A stretch of 63,649 nucleotides of DNA, counting the filler, from Octopus bimaculoides (lineage: Eukaryota), in assembly GCF_001194135.2 (NCBI RefSeq). It is 4 parts of 4 records of this genome, joined end to end, with 100 filler letters (N's around TTAATTAATTAA, not from the genome) between each part and the next. Parts side by side here need not be neighbours in the genome. Positions count along the whole stretch, not along the records: positions 53,258 to 63,649 come from NC_068989.1; 3 more parts are not named here. One strand, 5' to 3'. The notes below the pieces were generated by a model. It saw only the letters and a list, made by a program, of their open reading frames with translations, did no database searches and was not told the origin of the DNA. A program made the position numbers and the translations under genes. Shown here one piece after another: positions 63,350-63,649 of this stretch (position 1 is the first letter of the stretch; every line of letters begins with the position of its first letter).

Positions 63350-63649
63350 TGGAGATGCAATGGCCCAGTGGTTAGGGCAGCGGACTCGCGGTTATAGGAT
63401 CGTGGTTTCGATTCCCAGACTGGGCGTTGTGAGTGTTTATTGAGCGAAAACACCTAAAGCTCCACGAGGCTCCGGCAGGGGATGGTGGCGAACCCTGCTG
63501 TACTCTTTCACCACAACTTTCTCTCACTCTTACTTCCTGTTTCTGTTGTGCCTGTAATTCAAAGGGCCAGCCTTGTCACACTCTGTCACGCTGAATATCC
63601 CCGAGAACTACGTTAAGGGTACACGTGTCTGTGGAGTGCTCAGCCACTT
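63350..63649 (+). mobile_element. SINE with family C head and a different 3' module, running off the window
   Basis: Head near-identical to 31451; diverges after ttcctgtttct (63544). Confidence 0.88.

Overview
AT-rich, repeat-dense eukaryotic scaffold window with many N gaps. The SINE families and degraded RTE/mariner elements are those I recognise from octopus (coleoid cephalopod) genomes; species is inference. The only host gene I can support is on the minus strand: four coding exons (13033-12905, 9105-8998, gap-truncated 7982-7868, 3185-2979). They have canonical AG/GT boundaries and encode the last ankyrin repeats and the ...DTYHLMEDKK linker of the mechanotransduction channel TRPN1/NOMPC. 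The transmembrane exons must lie left of the window. I found no upstream exon in 13.4-63.6 kb, which is separated from the exons by an unsized scaffolding gap. The remainder is transposon-derived: at least four SINE-like families (labelled A-D here), two RTE LINEs that both carry a PHD-like finger in the RT C-terminus, Penelope, R4/Dong-like and CR1/jockey-group remnants, several Tc1/mariner fragments, an internally deleted Helitron, hAT MITE ends, and mini/microsatellites. The most notable observations are: (i) phase-0 ankyrin exons flanked by competing inverted SINEs, (ii) a CpG-decay domain starting near 36.6 kb, (iii) SINE-A multimers with a fixed junction, (iv) PHD-bearing RTEs. No CRISPR array, rRNA or bona fide tRNA gene is supported. 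Most long ORFs in the supplied track are artefacts of N gaps or microsatellites. Ortholog comparisons are from memory of fly and zebrafish TRPN1 and need a database check.
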